Below, one piece after another: positions 24,268-35,706 of a stretch of DNA of 64,000 nt. Source of the stretch: Azolla caroliniana (lineage: Eukaryota > Plantae > Polypodiophyta); NCBI GenBank assembly GCA_043228905.1, contig JBHGNT010000010.1:6572001-6636000 (forward strand). The letters run 5' to 3'. A program made the translations under genes and the position numbers. Each line of letters begins with the position of its first letter. Position 1 is the first letter of the stretch. Under the pieces are notes generated by a model. It made no database searches. It was not told where the DNA came from and saw only the letters and a program-made list of their open reading frames with translations.

Positions 24268-24618
24268 TGTTTACGGGTAGGGGGTGGAGCCAAGAACAAC
24301 TCCACCCCCCTCCCAAGGGGGTTATGCATGAGAGAGAGAGAGAGAAGGATAGAGAAACAAAGAAATGACACAAAATGAGAGGGAAAAAATCTATATGCAT
24401 TACATGTCCCATAAGGGGTTTATATAGTACATAATGTAATGGTTACATAATATGACCATTACCAAAAAGACCGTTACATTCTTGTACACATGCACATAAT
24501 TGTGCATGTGTTAATGCACATATTTATCCTCACTCACGCTCGTATACATTACACATATACCACAACCCCTTTATCGCGTTTGACCCTTACACCGCCCCAT
24601 ACACTCCTACGAGTAACA
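24268..24618. repeat. Left LTR of element F
   Basis: Direct repeat of 41261-41604; hairpin GGGGGTGGAG-N10-CTCCACCCCC near its start. Confidence 0.9.
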
Positions 24619-24620
24619 CA

Positions 24621-24637
24621 TGGCATGCCTGTGGGAC
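24621..24637 (+). promoter_or_regulatory. PBS-like site (tRNA-Arg type, Tat/Ogre-like) of element F
   Basis: TGGCATGCCTGTGGGAC, 2 nt after the left LTR; resembles the TGGCACGCCC(A/G)GTGGGAC PBS. Confidence 0.75.
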
Positions 24638-25160
24638 AGTCCATCACACAGTGAACCCACTCACCATGGCAACTCTTATTGACCGAAACTCCATCGGCCG
24701 TCTTGTCGGTCAGAAATCCCTCGACTGGATCATAGCTCTACGATTGATAACTTCGATCGGAGCTTTGATTGATCCGAACCTTCTTGTTTGGTCAACACAT
24801 CTCTCGATTGGATCACACACCAATCAGCTCGTCCATTGCAGCATGGGTCGTGAAATTGTGTTGCATGTATGTGTATTCTTCAGTTTCTTCATGTGAGTTG
24901 AGTTTCATTTTTTACCCTCAAGTTTTTGAAATTTTATTTTCTACCCTTATGAAATTTGGTTGTATGCCCTCTGGTTCTAGAAATTTGATTGTTTGCCCTT
25001 GAGTTTTTGAAATTTTGTCCTATGTCCCTCCTGTCTCACTTCTTTCCTCTCTTGTTGTGTCTTCTTCTTTCTCTTTTGTCTTCATATTCTTCTTTCTTTT
25101 GTTGGAAAAGAAAAGAGAGAGACATAGAAACAAAAGGAGAGAGAGAGAGAGAGAGAGAGA

Positions 25161-25346
25161 GATGTAGCAGTGATGGTAAGGTTGCCCAATGGAGACCAGG
25201 TGGTCATGGGTTCAACCCCTACATTCCACAGTGGCATCTAGTGAATTAAGAGATATAAAAGAAGTATATAATAGAGAGGTGAGGAAGTTGGGTTTCGTAC
25301 CCATAACACAGTGCTTGTAGTGCTAACAACTTACCACTAGGGTAAG
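25161..25346. other. Two convergent degenerate tRNA-like (A-box/B-box) sequences
   Basis: Plus strand: TAGCAGTGATGG..GGTTCAACCC (25165-25218). Minus strand: TAGTGGTAAG..GGTACGAAACC (25279-25346). Confidence 0.4.
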
Positions 25347-25439
25347 GTAACTACGATAAAAGAGAGAAAGATAAATAGATAGATTATATTATTGTCTTCG
25401 GAGGTCAAATATGACCTATGAGACCAAAAATATTACATT

Positions 25440-28400
25440 TCACGTGATACATGTGAAGGTGAGTAGCGACTCTCGATGTTCAAGAACTTTACCAATGAAT
25501 GTTGCAATCGAGAGTGCACATCGTGGTTGTGAGACAAATTTGTGCAAGGATTGGGCTCGATCAAAGAGATGTGGAAAGCATGGTCGAATATGATAAAAGG
25601 TAGAGCATTCTATCAAAGTGTGATACTCAGACTCTAGAACTTGCTAAGTCGCATGGAACCAATGGTTCGAATGGTAGATATCGGGATGGGCTCTAACATG
25701 TATCGATGTGTACGACTTCCCCGTTCCGTGAAGAATATGGTTTTGTAATTAGGTGCAACATTTGTAGTATAATGTGTGAAGTGTGAGCCACCACATTTGT
25801 CCCATGTCATGATACATTGGTGTTGCAAAAATGCCTCATTTATAGAGGAATCTAGTGACGCATCATGAAGCAAGTGTCTTGGATCCCATCTACCAAACCA
25901 TTTTTCTAAATCTTGCATCCAACCGGAACACAAAATTTTGCTTTTATGCGTCTTTTGGATCTTTTTACTTGCTTCCCATGCAATTCTAGGAAGTCAATGT
26001 GAGGGGCTTTTTTGAACCTTAAGCATGTATTCAGCAACCCTTTCCATGGCCATGATCTCAATGGGAAGCGATCCCGTCTCAAGGAGGAGGGTGTAGGGCG
26101 TTTGTTTCTTAACTTGTAGAAACTTTGTAAGAAAATGTTTTTGGACATTTTCAAACTCTTTCCACGTAGATTTAGGGATGCTACCACCCCATACTTCCAC
26201 CCCATAGAGAAGAACTGGGGTCACCAAAGTGTCAAAAAGATATTTCTTGAGAACCCAACACTTAATATCTCCAAGATTGCATGTGTTCTCAAATGCATAA
26301 TATGCTCGCTTACCCGCCTCTAAGCGGTGGTGTGTAGCACATTCATTCCATTTATGATTTGAAGGAACTTCAAGGCCAAGATATTTGAAGCGTTCCACAC
26401 ATTCAAGTGGTTCATTGTTGTACATAATGCATGGTTTATCTCTTTTTTGACTCTTCACAAGCATAATCTTTGTTTTAGAGCTATTGACACTTAATCTAGT
26501 ATGCATGCAAATTTTTTCCAATGCCTTCGTAAGCTTTTGTGCATCTCCTGAAGTATTTGCAAAAAACACTACATCATCCGCATATAACAAAAGCATAATC
26601 ACAACATTCCCAATGGCAACTTCTTCAACACATTCTTCCTTTACAAACTTGGTAACCATTTCTTCTAATTCATCAATGCATAGACCAAATAATGTTGGTG
26701 ACAATGGGCATCCTTGGTTAACACCAATAGTGCTATTGAAAAAATCTGAAAGTCTATCTCTCATATGCACACAACATATAACCTTCTCATATATTCGGGA
26801 AATTGCAAGCATATATTCACTTGGCACCCAAGTTCTTCCATCCGCCTCCAAAGATGCTCAAGATGTACCATATCAAAAGCTTTCTTGAAGTCTACAAAGA
26901 AACAATATAAACCTTTACCTCTAAGGCGACTTTCCTCCATTAATACTCGAAGAGTGACAAGATGATCAATGGTGCTATGGTGTTTTCAAAAACTAGCTTG
27001 TCCATAAGCTCTCTTACCATTTTCTTCTGCCTATACACTTATCTTCGATTCCATTATACATATTGCCATTAATGAGCCAACCATCATGGTTCGGTAGTTG
27101 TTTACATTATTTACATCTTCGTCTTTATGTAAAGGTTTGATCCAATATGTAGTCCAATCATATGGCATACCATGTTGCAATGCATCATTAAACATATCCC
27201 ATGTTTTCGATTTAGATTTATGTTTGTTAGTTTTCGGGTATGTTTTTTGTTTTAGTGTTTATGTTTTTAATCTTAGTGTTTAACCCCCCACCCCTCTTCC
27301 TTTTTGTTATTCCTAATCATGCCGGCTCCCTCTCCTTTCTTCTACCTTGTCTTCAATTCGGGTGCACTCAAATCGAGCGTGGTGTTCCTCTTCGCCTACC
27401 TCTACCCGCCGATGATCCACCATTCCGCACTCCTTGTTCCGACCGTAAGGTCCATATCCATATATGTGCTTCCTTTCCCGTCCATTTGAGCATTTCAACT
27501 TTTATACATTGAAGATCGCTTGCCTTTCGAGAGGCCAATTTCTTAAGTCCTATGCATATATCTTCAATTGTAAAGAAGGGAGACATATGTGAAAGAGAAC
27601 CATAACACATCATCTTTCTGGAAAAAGATAACTCATATAAATTCTTACAATGCATAGACAAGTCATAAAGGGTTAAGTCACCATAACTCTCAACACGTTT
27701 CTCCTTTAGTTTTCCCCAAAATTTAGCACATGCATGTGCTTTCTCTTGCGTTTGGAGAAGTTGTTGAGTAACTTCACATATTCGTCTCTTTCTTTGAATA
27801 AGTCTTTTATAGTCATGCAAATGCTTTTGGTAATTTTCTTTATCCTTAACTACATCCAAAACCATAAGGCACTTTTGAGCTTCATGACATTCTTTATCAA
27901 ACCATTTTTTCTTACATTTCTTGGTGCATTTCCATGATGTGTGGTTGGTTGAAAAACATTTGTTTGTACAAGAGAGAATGACATTCTTAAAAGCTTCCAA
28001 TTTGTATTCTAGTGTGGCACCATGTTGTGTCTTTGTCATTTGTAACATATCCTCAACCATCTTGGAATACATGGGCGCTCATTTAAGATTCATGCTCAAG
28101 TGCGTTTGTTTACTATCTTCAATGACCTTCTCACAATCAAGCCTATGCATACATTTGAGATCAATACATAAATTCCTATGATCGGATTCCGGTGTCCATT
28201 CCCCCAATGAGAATTTATGTATACGATCCAAAATACCTTCGGAAAGTAGCACATAGTCAATCACACTATTTCCATTGTGTTTTCTACATGTAAAGCTGTA
28301 ACTAGTATTGGGCCATAAGGAAATACCATTTGCAATAAGCAATCCGGTACTATTGCACATTTGTAGGAGTAGTTTCCCAAATTGGTCCAGATCTTTTTCG

Positions 28401-28962
28401 TCGCTAGAAGATTGACTATACATTTGCATATCCTCTTGCATCCTTGAGATATGTGGCATGAAAGATTCTTGTGAATCAAGTTGGAAACTTCTTATATGAG
28501 CATTCATGTCACCAAAGACAATAACTTCCCCTTTGGATTTGAAATAAGCAATATCATCTTCTAGATTTGCAAAAGGTTGATCTTTATCCAAACAAGCATA
28601 GAAGTTAGAATCTTGATGAGGAATGTAACATCCAACGACAAAAGTGGGAAAATCATTAGGTGTTTATATTTTGTGCCATATGTAGCATTTATGTTCATCA
28701 TTTTTTACGAATTTCCTTTCTTAATCAAACATGCCACCCCTCGTCCTCTTCTTTGTCTTGGATTTTTCTCCCATATCAAAGAGTGTACATTATAGTTTCC
28801 TAAACCTTGAATCCTTTGAGTATCATGCTGCCATTTTTCAACAAGAAGTGTGATATCTGAGTCATTGATGAACTCCTCTATGCCGAATCCCGCATTCCAT
28901 GGGTATCCATTGCAATTCCAAAAACATAGTCGTAAAAGACGTGGTTTAGTCTCATAGGTCAC
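25440..28962 (-). pseudogene. LINE 1 ORF2 (apurinic endonuclease plus reverse transcriptase)
   Basis: ORF fragments 28705-28962, 28079-28591, 27368-28072, 25994-26851 and 25634-25933; the final frame ends ..LTFTCIT* at ~25440. Confidence 0.9.
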
Positions 28963-28968
28963 GTGTCT

Positions 28969-29846
28969 CTATTTGCCTACATTTCCATCTTTAAGCACAT
29001 CCTTAACCTTAATTTTCAATCTTTCTTCATATGCTTTACGACGGGCATTTTGTTGTGAGATAGTACGATCTTCACTCACAAAGCATTGTGTACCTTTCAG
29101 GTATACCCAACTATTTTCGAGTATGATCCGCCGCTTTGTATCATCCGTCATTGCACATACAATGGGCCTTTCGCCAGAGCGAGGAACACCATGTTTACCA
29201 ACTCGGTGTGCCCCATATATATTCACATCCGACATCCCATAATGCATGCTAAAAAATTCACCAATAGCCTTTCCAAGGGAAGCGGGTGTTTCCATACTCT
29301 CCTCTTTAATCCCACGGATAACAATGTTCTTTGATCTTCGTTCATGCTCTTTCAATTCTCGGGCATCTATGCTTTCTATATTCTTCTCTTGATGCCTCGC
29401 ATGCATATTAGATGAGTTTGATACCCCATCCCCACCACATACATTGGCCCATGATTTCGTTGTACATACATTTTTCATCTCACTTACATCCCGCCTCATC
29501 GTGTCTAATTTTTCTTCTTTTAATGCTTCCTTTAACTCAATCTTATTAAGGCTCTAATTTTTTCGAAAGAAGCTCTTTTACATTCTTGAATCTCTCCTTC
29601 AAGTTTTGCAACCACATTCTTACGAATTTCATTCTCAATGGCAATAATTTGGAGCTTAGCATTCTCTTTCATTAACATCCTAATCTCTTCACCTTGCTTG
29701 TTTATGGTTTCTTGAAGATAAATCAAGTGACTCATAAGCATTTTGTCCATTGTGTTTATTGCATTGGAATCAACATTTGTTGGTGATTTCGGTTCATTAT
29801 CAATCATACTCCCGAACTTTGAGGCAGCCTTACGAGTGTGTGTCAT
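28969..29846 (-). pseudogene. LINE 1 ORF1 (coiled coil plus RRM-like domain)
   Basis: Two frameshifted ORFs, 29532-29846 and 28969-29499. Confidence 0.8.
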
Positions 29847-29864
29847 TGTAGGACCAAACCCTAT

Positions 29865-29904
<40 letters not shown>

Positions 29905-29911
<7 letters not shown>

Positions 29912-31488
29912 AAGATATATTAACGTCTTCTAAGGCCAAATTTGGCCCATGAGACAATTGGTTTACAACAAAAGAGTATTTATCCCGTCATCATAACTAA
30001 AATAAAATTAAGTAAAAAATAGAACTTAAACTAAAAGAGTTCTAGTAGTGTACAATACGTAGTATACTCGAAAGTGACTATACACTAAGCCTAATTTTAT
30101 TTCCACCCAAGCCTCTCGAAAAGAAGTGGGGGGTCAAAGGGTCTTGATGTGGGTGTGACCCGTGGTTCCAATGTAGAGAGTGCCCTAGCCATGGCTTCTA
30201 GGCGGTGTAGCTCACGTTCCCTTATTTTCAATATTGCTTCCACATCACGTCGAGTTGCTTTGAAACCCGGCACCCGAGGACGTCTGGTTCTTCTCTGGTT
30301 TTCTACCTCATCAATGGAAAGGCCGAGTGGTGCAAGTGTGTCAGCATTCGTTGTCTCCTCCTGTTCCTGAAAAACTTCATTTGTTACATGTTCGTGATCA
30401 TTAGCAACATTATTGTCAACATTTTGTAACTTATTCTCTCTGTGTTGTTTTAGCTCTAGAATGTATTTGCCTAATTTCTTTATATCTAGAGTATCTAATA
30501 GTTTGGGGAGGGTGGGAGACGAACCAAGTATGTCTTGGTATTTTGCCCTTATCTTGGCATAGGTTGGACACTTGCATGTAAAGTGGTAGTCATCCTCTAT
30601 CTCTATGTGACATAACCTACATATCCTTTCCTCCCTAGGGACTCCACTAGTACGACCATTCTCAATCTCAAGTTGGTGAGATGATATTCTAAGTTGTCCA
30701 ATGGCAACCCTTAGTGCATGTGGTAAGAATACATCTAGATATTTTGGCCGTGTGATAAAACCTAATTCAGAGAAGTGCATGAAGTGTTTCTTATAGTACA
30801 ACATTTTAGATGGGAGTGGCTCTAGTGGGGTGATCCATTTACACCGAGTGTAAATTTGCCATATTTCTTGGCATATTACTTTATTGCGGTCCTCATGAGA
30901 GATTAAAGTGTTATCACTCGTGTGGTTGTACCTAAGGGGAGGTAGGTTATTAATGTCTAGACCATTCGCAAGAAGCCAACTCACCATCATGCCATACCAT
31001 GAGCTAGTATAGCCGGACTCATACAATGATCGAGAGGCCTTAAAGGCTTGATGAGATATTCTATCATGTGGTTGGCTATGTATCCTGTGAATGAAGACTA
31101 CAAGTTGAAAAAGTGCCTCTACTAACATTGGGGGTAACGTGAACTCAGACCTAATAATGTCATGTGGTACAGTCGATTTGCTTCGGAGTTGGCATGATAG
31201 CATCATCACCAATGGTCTCTCTAATTGCGTCCACATGAAAGATGGTAATCCTGGAGCCCAAACCGTTGATGCATACATAAGGGAGGGGGTCACTAATGAG
31301 TCAAAGAGCCACCCTTTAGTCCGTGGCTCTTGAAAGTGTGCTTGGTGGCATTGTCTCTCTAGGAGTTAGAGGGATGCATGTCCTCTCGTGCGTCTATCCT
31401 TCGCTGCCTGTGTCATCGAAAATTTACCTGAGCGGGCACTAAAAGTGACTCCGAGATAGACGTATGATCCAACCACCTCGACTGGGCC

Positions 31489-31489
<1 letters not shown>
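29905..31489 (-). mobile_element. 5'-truncated LINE 2 (RTEX-like), flanked on both sides by (GA)n
   Basis: ORF 30097-31293 with LRISSHQLEIENGR..ERICRLC..EDDYHFTCKC zinc motif; YVYLGVTF upstream; 3' stem-loop and (CTTT)(CT)n tail. Confidence 0.85.
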
Positions 31490-31522
<33 letters not shown>

Positions 31523-31651
31523 TGTACCTTTCATTTGATTTAGGGCTTCAAAATCTACCTTGCGTTTGAGGAGCCGTGGGGCAAAGATGAATGCAGACGA
31601 AAACACTCATAACTTCTCGCCACGGTAACGGAATTCAATAAATGAACTTTC

Positions 31652-31687
<36 letters not shown>

Positions 31688-31719
31688 GGGAAACAAAGAA
31701 GTTATATTATAATAAAAAT

Positions 31720-33940
31720 GCACACAAATAATGTGTTTAGAATGAGGGCAACAAATAATGTGTTTAGAATGTTGAAGAGGTTTTGTTAGAAAATCAGCCC
31801 TCATTTGATGAGTGGGGGCAAACTTTAGCATTATCTTCTTTGTTTCAATGAGATCGTGAAGAAAATGATGCTTCAAATCCACATGAAGTATATTGTTGCT
31901 CATCTTTGGATTGTTGACTAGCTTGATGCATGCTTGATTATCACAAAATAAGGTCATTCCAACAACATATTTAGCTTCGGTGGATGACAATGCTACGGTA
32001 GTTTGTTTCTTCAACTTCCATGAAATTGCAATGCCAGCTAGTGTGTAAACATAGCCACCTGTTGACTTGCGATCGTCCACATCTCCTCCCCAATCGAAGT
32101 CCGACCAACCAATTAGTTGACTGGAGGGGTTTGTCCATCCTTGAACAAGTGTGATTGACTCAAATTGTGTGGCCAAGTAAGTCAACACATAATGTTGAGT
32201 ATGCTTCAAATATCATAGTAATCTTTTGAGTGCAATCCAATGCTTTGGTCTTGGATTAGCCATGAAACGAGAAAGAAAACCGGTGGTAAAGCAAATATAG
32301 GGATGTGTGCAACTTACTAGATATCTTATACACCCAAGGATTTGTTTATAGGGTACATCCTTTCGGAAATTTCTCGCTCATTTTTGGGAGAATCATCATT
32401 TGAAAGTTTACATGGAGAGGTAAGAGGAGTACTAATAGGCTTACTATGGAGCATATCAAATCTTTGGAGGATAGAATTAATATAATTTGATTGTGATAAT
32501 GAGATAGTATGATTTGTTCTAATTTGAGTTATTTTGATGCCCAGAAAATGTGTCATAGGGCCTAAATCGGTGATAGGAAAGACATATGCAAGTTCCTTCT
32601 TTGCAATAGTTAGATAAGATTTAGAGTTAGAGATCAAGGGTAAATCATAAACATAGACACCTATAATAACAAAATTGGATTTGACTTTTCTAACATAGAT
32701 ATTTGGCTCATTGTTTAAACGATGATATCCAACTTTGATAAGAAAAGAGTGTAGTTTGTGATACCATATGCGTGGAGATTGCTTAAGGCCGTAAATAGAT
32801 TTATGAAGTCAACAAACATATGTCGGATGACTTGGATCTTCAAAAAATTGTGGTTGTTGTAAATAAAATTCTTCATCTAAATCTCCATGAAGAAAAGTCA
32901 TTTGTACATCCAAGTGGTGCAACTCTAGATCATGTTGAGCAGCAAGAGCAACAAGCATTCGAAAACCACACATTTTTAGTGTTGGAATAAATGCATCTTG
33001 AAAATCAATACCTGGTACTTGAGAAAAACCTCGAGCAACTACACGAGCCTTAAAGCGAATTAGATTACCATTACTATCTCACTCATTTGACGATCTTTTG
33101 GAGTCTCAACGAGGGTCCACGTACCATTTTTAATTAAAGCTTTCATTTCTTCTTCTCCATTTGATAGAATCGGATCCGGAATGTGCATCTTTGGCCAATA
33201 GATTTGTGTCATCACTAAGGGTTGGAATAACTTCTTCTTGTATATAAGCTTCATGGCCCAAGTCCACAAAATGTGCTGCCATTTGATCAAGTTGTTCATA
33301 AATACTATTTAGAGGTCTATACTTTGGAGGTGGAGAAGTTGGTGATGAAGAATTAGGAGAGGAACTAGAGAAGATAACATCATTTGTATTGTTAGAGGGA
33401 ATTAAACAATGTGTGTTTAAAGGAGTATGAGTAAGAGAATCATCTAGAGATTGGAGTGAGGAAAGATTAGATGAAGAATTAGTTGGTTGAGGAGGATTGA
33501 CCCTTCCCTTGTGATTAGATGGAAGAACAACACAAATAGTGCTAGGAAGTAGTGGATGAGCCAATGTTAGCTCCTTCAATACGAGAGTTATTAATTTTAG
33601 AGATGGTTGAGGAAGATGGTTGTAAGTGGGTAGGGGTAGGTAATAACGGAGGTAGATTAGAAGAACATGAAAAAGAAACATTTGTAGAAAGTCCATTTTC
33701 TTGGAATATCACATTGCGACTAAAGAATATTCTTTGCTTTTGTGGGTCGTAGAGCTTGTATGCCTTGTATCCCGAAGCTTCTCCATATCCAATGAAAATT
33801 GATTTTGTAGCTCTTAGATCTAGCTTGTTTCTTTGAACAGTTGGCACAAAAGAATAAGCATCACAACCAAAAATACGAAAGTTACTTAGGTTAGGTTTGT
33901 GACCATGCCATAGTTCATAAGGGGTTTGACCATGCCATAG
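31720..33940 (-). mobile_element. LTR-less Copia pol fragment (IN C-terminus, RT, RNase H)
   Basis: KLDLRATKSIFIGY, ITDLGPMTHFLG, GWSDFDWGGD..KKQTTVALSSTEA. Confidence 0.85.
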
Positions 33941-33947
33941 AAAGAAA

Positions 33948-33988
<41 letters not shown>

Positions 33989-34825
33989 AGAAACAGAGAA
34001 GTTATTATAATAAAAACGCCCTAATGATTACAATTGTTGGTGGTGGCTTTATAAAACCACCACCACCGATGCCAAGAAATTGTTTGAACCTAACTGATAA
34101 CTAATAACTAACACTAATTAATATTTATTTATTTATTTTCGATTATTATTTTCCACATCTTCTTCCTTTCTTTCGCCTTTCCTGCAGAAACTTCTTCCTG
34201 CTTTCTTCTTTCTCCTCCCATGTCTCTTCTCTTCTTTCTTTCTTTCTTTCTATTTTTTTTTTCTATTGCTACTGCTTCCTATCTTTTCTTTGCTTCTCCT
34301 CTTGCTTCTTAGAATCATTACCAATGTAGAACCCTGATAGAACCATCTAAAAACCGTTTCCTTAGAAACCCACTTAGTTCCTTCTTCCATAGACTTTCCA
34401 TGATGCCTTTTCACTGGTCTACGAAGATTTAGATCTTGTTCAGCTTTTCTAATGGCAGTAGAAACTTCATCACTAGCATTCAACCCAACCCAATGAGTCC
34501 TTTTTCATGCTTCTGTGCTACAACCTGGAGGTGCTTGTTTTCTCGATCCGTTAGAAATATCTACTCTTAACTGCATTAAGGCTGCTCTGGAATCTTCGAA
34601 CTCATCAAGTGTGTCTTGCCATTGCTCTATTTAGGTGTTCATCTCCTCATCAATAGATGTATCAAGCTTCTCATAATTATGAACATTTGAAGAGAGTTCT
34701 TCCTTGATTTCAACCCTAAGAGTAGCTAAAGACTCTTCGTTAAGCATTTCCTGAGCTTGAGCTGCCTTGCTCTTGACAACCAGAAGCTCATCAATGAGAA
34801 CTTGAGCTTCATCATTTGTAAAAGC

Positions 34826-35680
34826 TGTTATGTAAAGGCGTCCCTCCTTGCAGGGGAGTCGGCCGAAAAGTCAACTTAAGAGTCAGCTAGTCGAAATCGG
34901 CTAAGAAGCCGAAATGAGTTGGCTGACAGAAATCAGCCGAAAAATCGAAAAGAGTCGGCTGACCAAATTTGGCCGAAATCGGTCGGAGAGCAAAAAGGAA
35001 TAGTTATTTTGCCGAAGAACCGAATTGGGGGTCGACTGACCAAATTAGGTGAAAAAGCCGAATTCGAATTCAATTGAATTGGAGTTCAAACACACACACA
35101 CATATATATACATATGTCTTCTTATACATATGTATGAAGTGACTTAGTATATATATACTAACAGGCCTAGTAGTGCGTATGTATGTGGGATAACTCACTA
35201 GAAGTAAACAGTGAGATAAAGGGGGGAAAAACATACATAACATATGTGAGTAAGTGAGATATATATATATGTGAGTGAAAAACGAGTTGTAAAAACATCG
35301 TGACCCAGAGAATGATTGAGTATATACACAATAGTGGCTGTGCAGGAGAGAATACTCAGAAGTTAAGTGAGAGAAGAAAGAAGAGTGAAAAAAAGAGAAA
35401 TAGAGAGAAAGATAGAGAAGCTTTGGAAGCTTCAAAGGGGAATAGACATCTACGTGTTAGGGTTTGGAATGCTCATAAGAAATTGTGGTTTCAGAGAACA
35501 TTCAGATAAGATTAGGTGCTTTCATTCTATGGTTGTATTTTGTCCTCTATTATAGTGGAAATCTTTGTTCCGTGGTTTTTCCCTGAAATCAGGGTTTTCC
35601 ACGTAAATCGTGTGCTCTTCTTCATTTTTCTGTTTGTGTCTAAGTTTAATATCGGAATTTGTCTGAGTGAAATTTTATCA
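34826..35680 (+). repeat. 5' LTR of element G
   Basis: Direct repeat of 39714-40576; U3 rich in GCCGAAA-like units. Confidence 0.95.
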
Positions 35681-35706
35681 AACTGGTATCAGAGCATAGG
35701 TTCTAG

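Larger units (their letters stand above)
25360..29867 (-). mobile_element. Near full-length LINE 1 (RTEX-like): ORF1, APE-RT ORF2, 3' stem-loop and microsatellite tail
   Basis: ORF1 RRSKNIVIRGI..HRVGK..RPIV..FVSEDRT. APE LCFWNCNG, VFGDMNAH, SVIDY, SDH. RT GVNQGCPLSP, LYADD, FKYLG. C-terminus ESEYHTLIEC. Tail (ATCT/CT)n. Confidence 0.9.

Noticed and set aside
34855-35070. GCCGAAA-like repeats as a possible CRISPR-type or satellite array
   Set aside because: Short, irregular U3 repeats present in both LTRs of G; no constant repeat-spacer period.
35565-35612. CGTGG..CCCT..AGGG..CCACG hairpin shared by the LTRs of B, E and G
   Set aside because: Real, but a familiar U5 feature of Tnt1/Tork-like LTRs; not novel.
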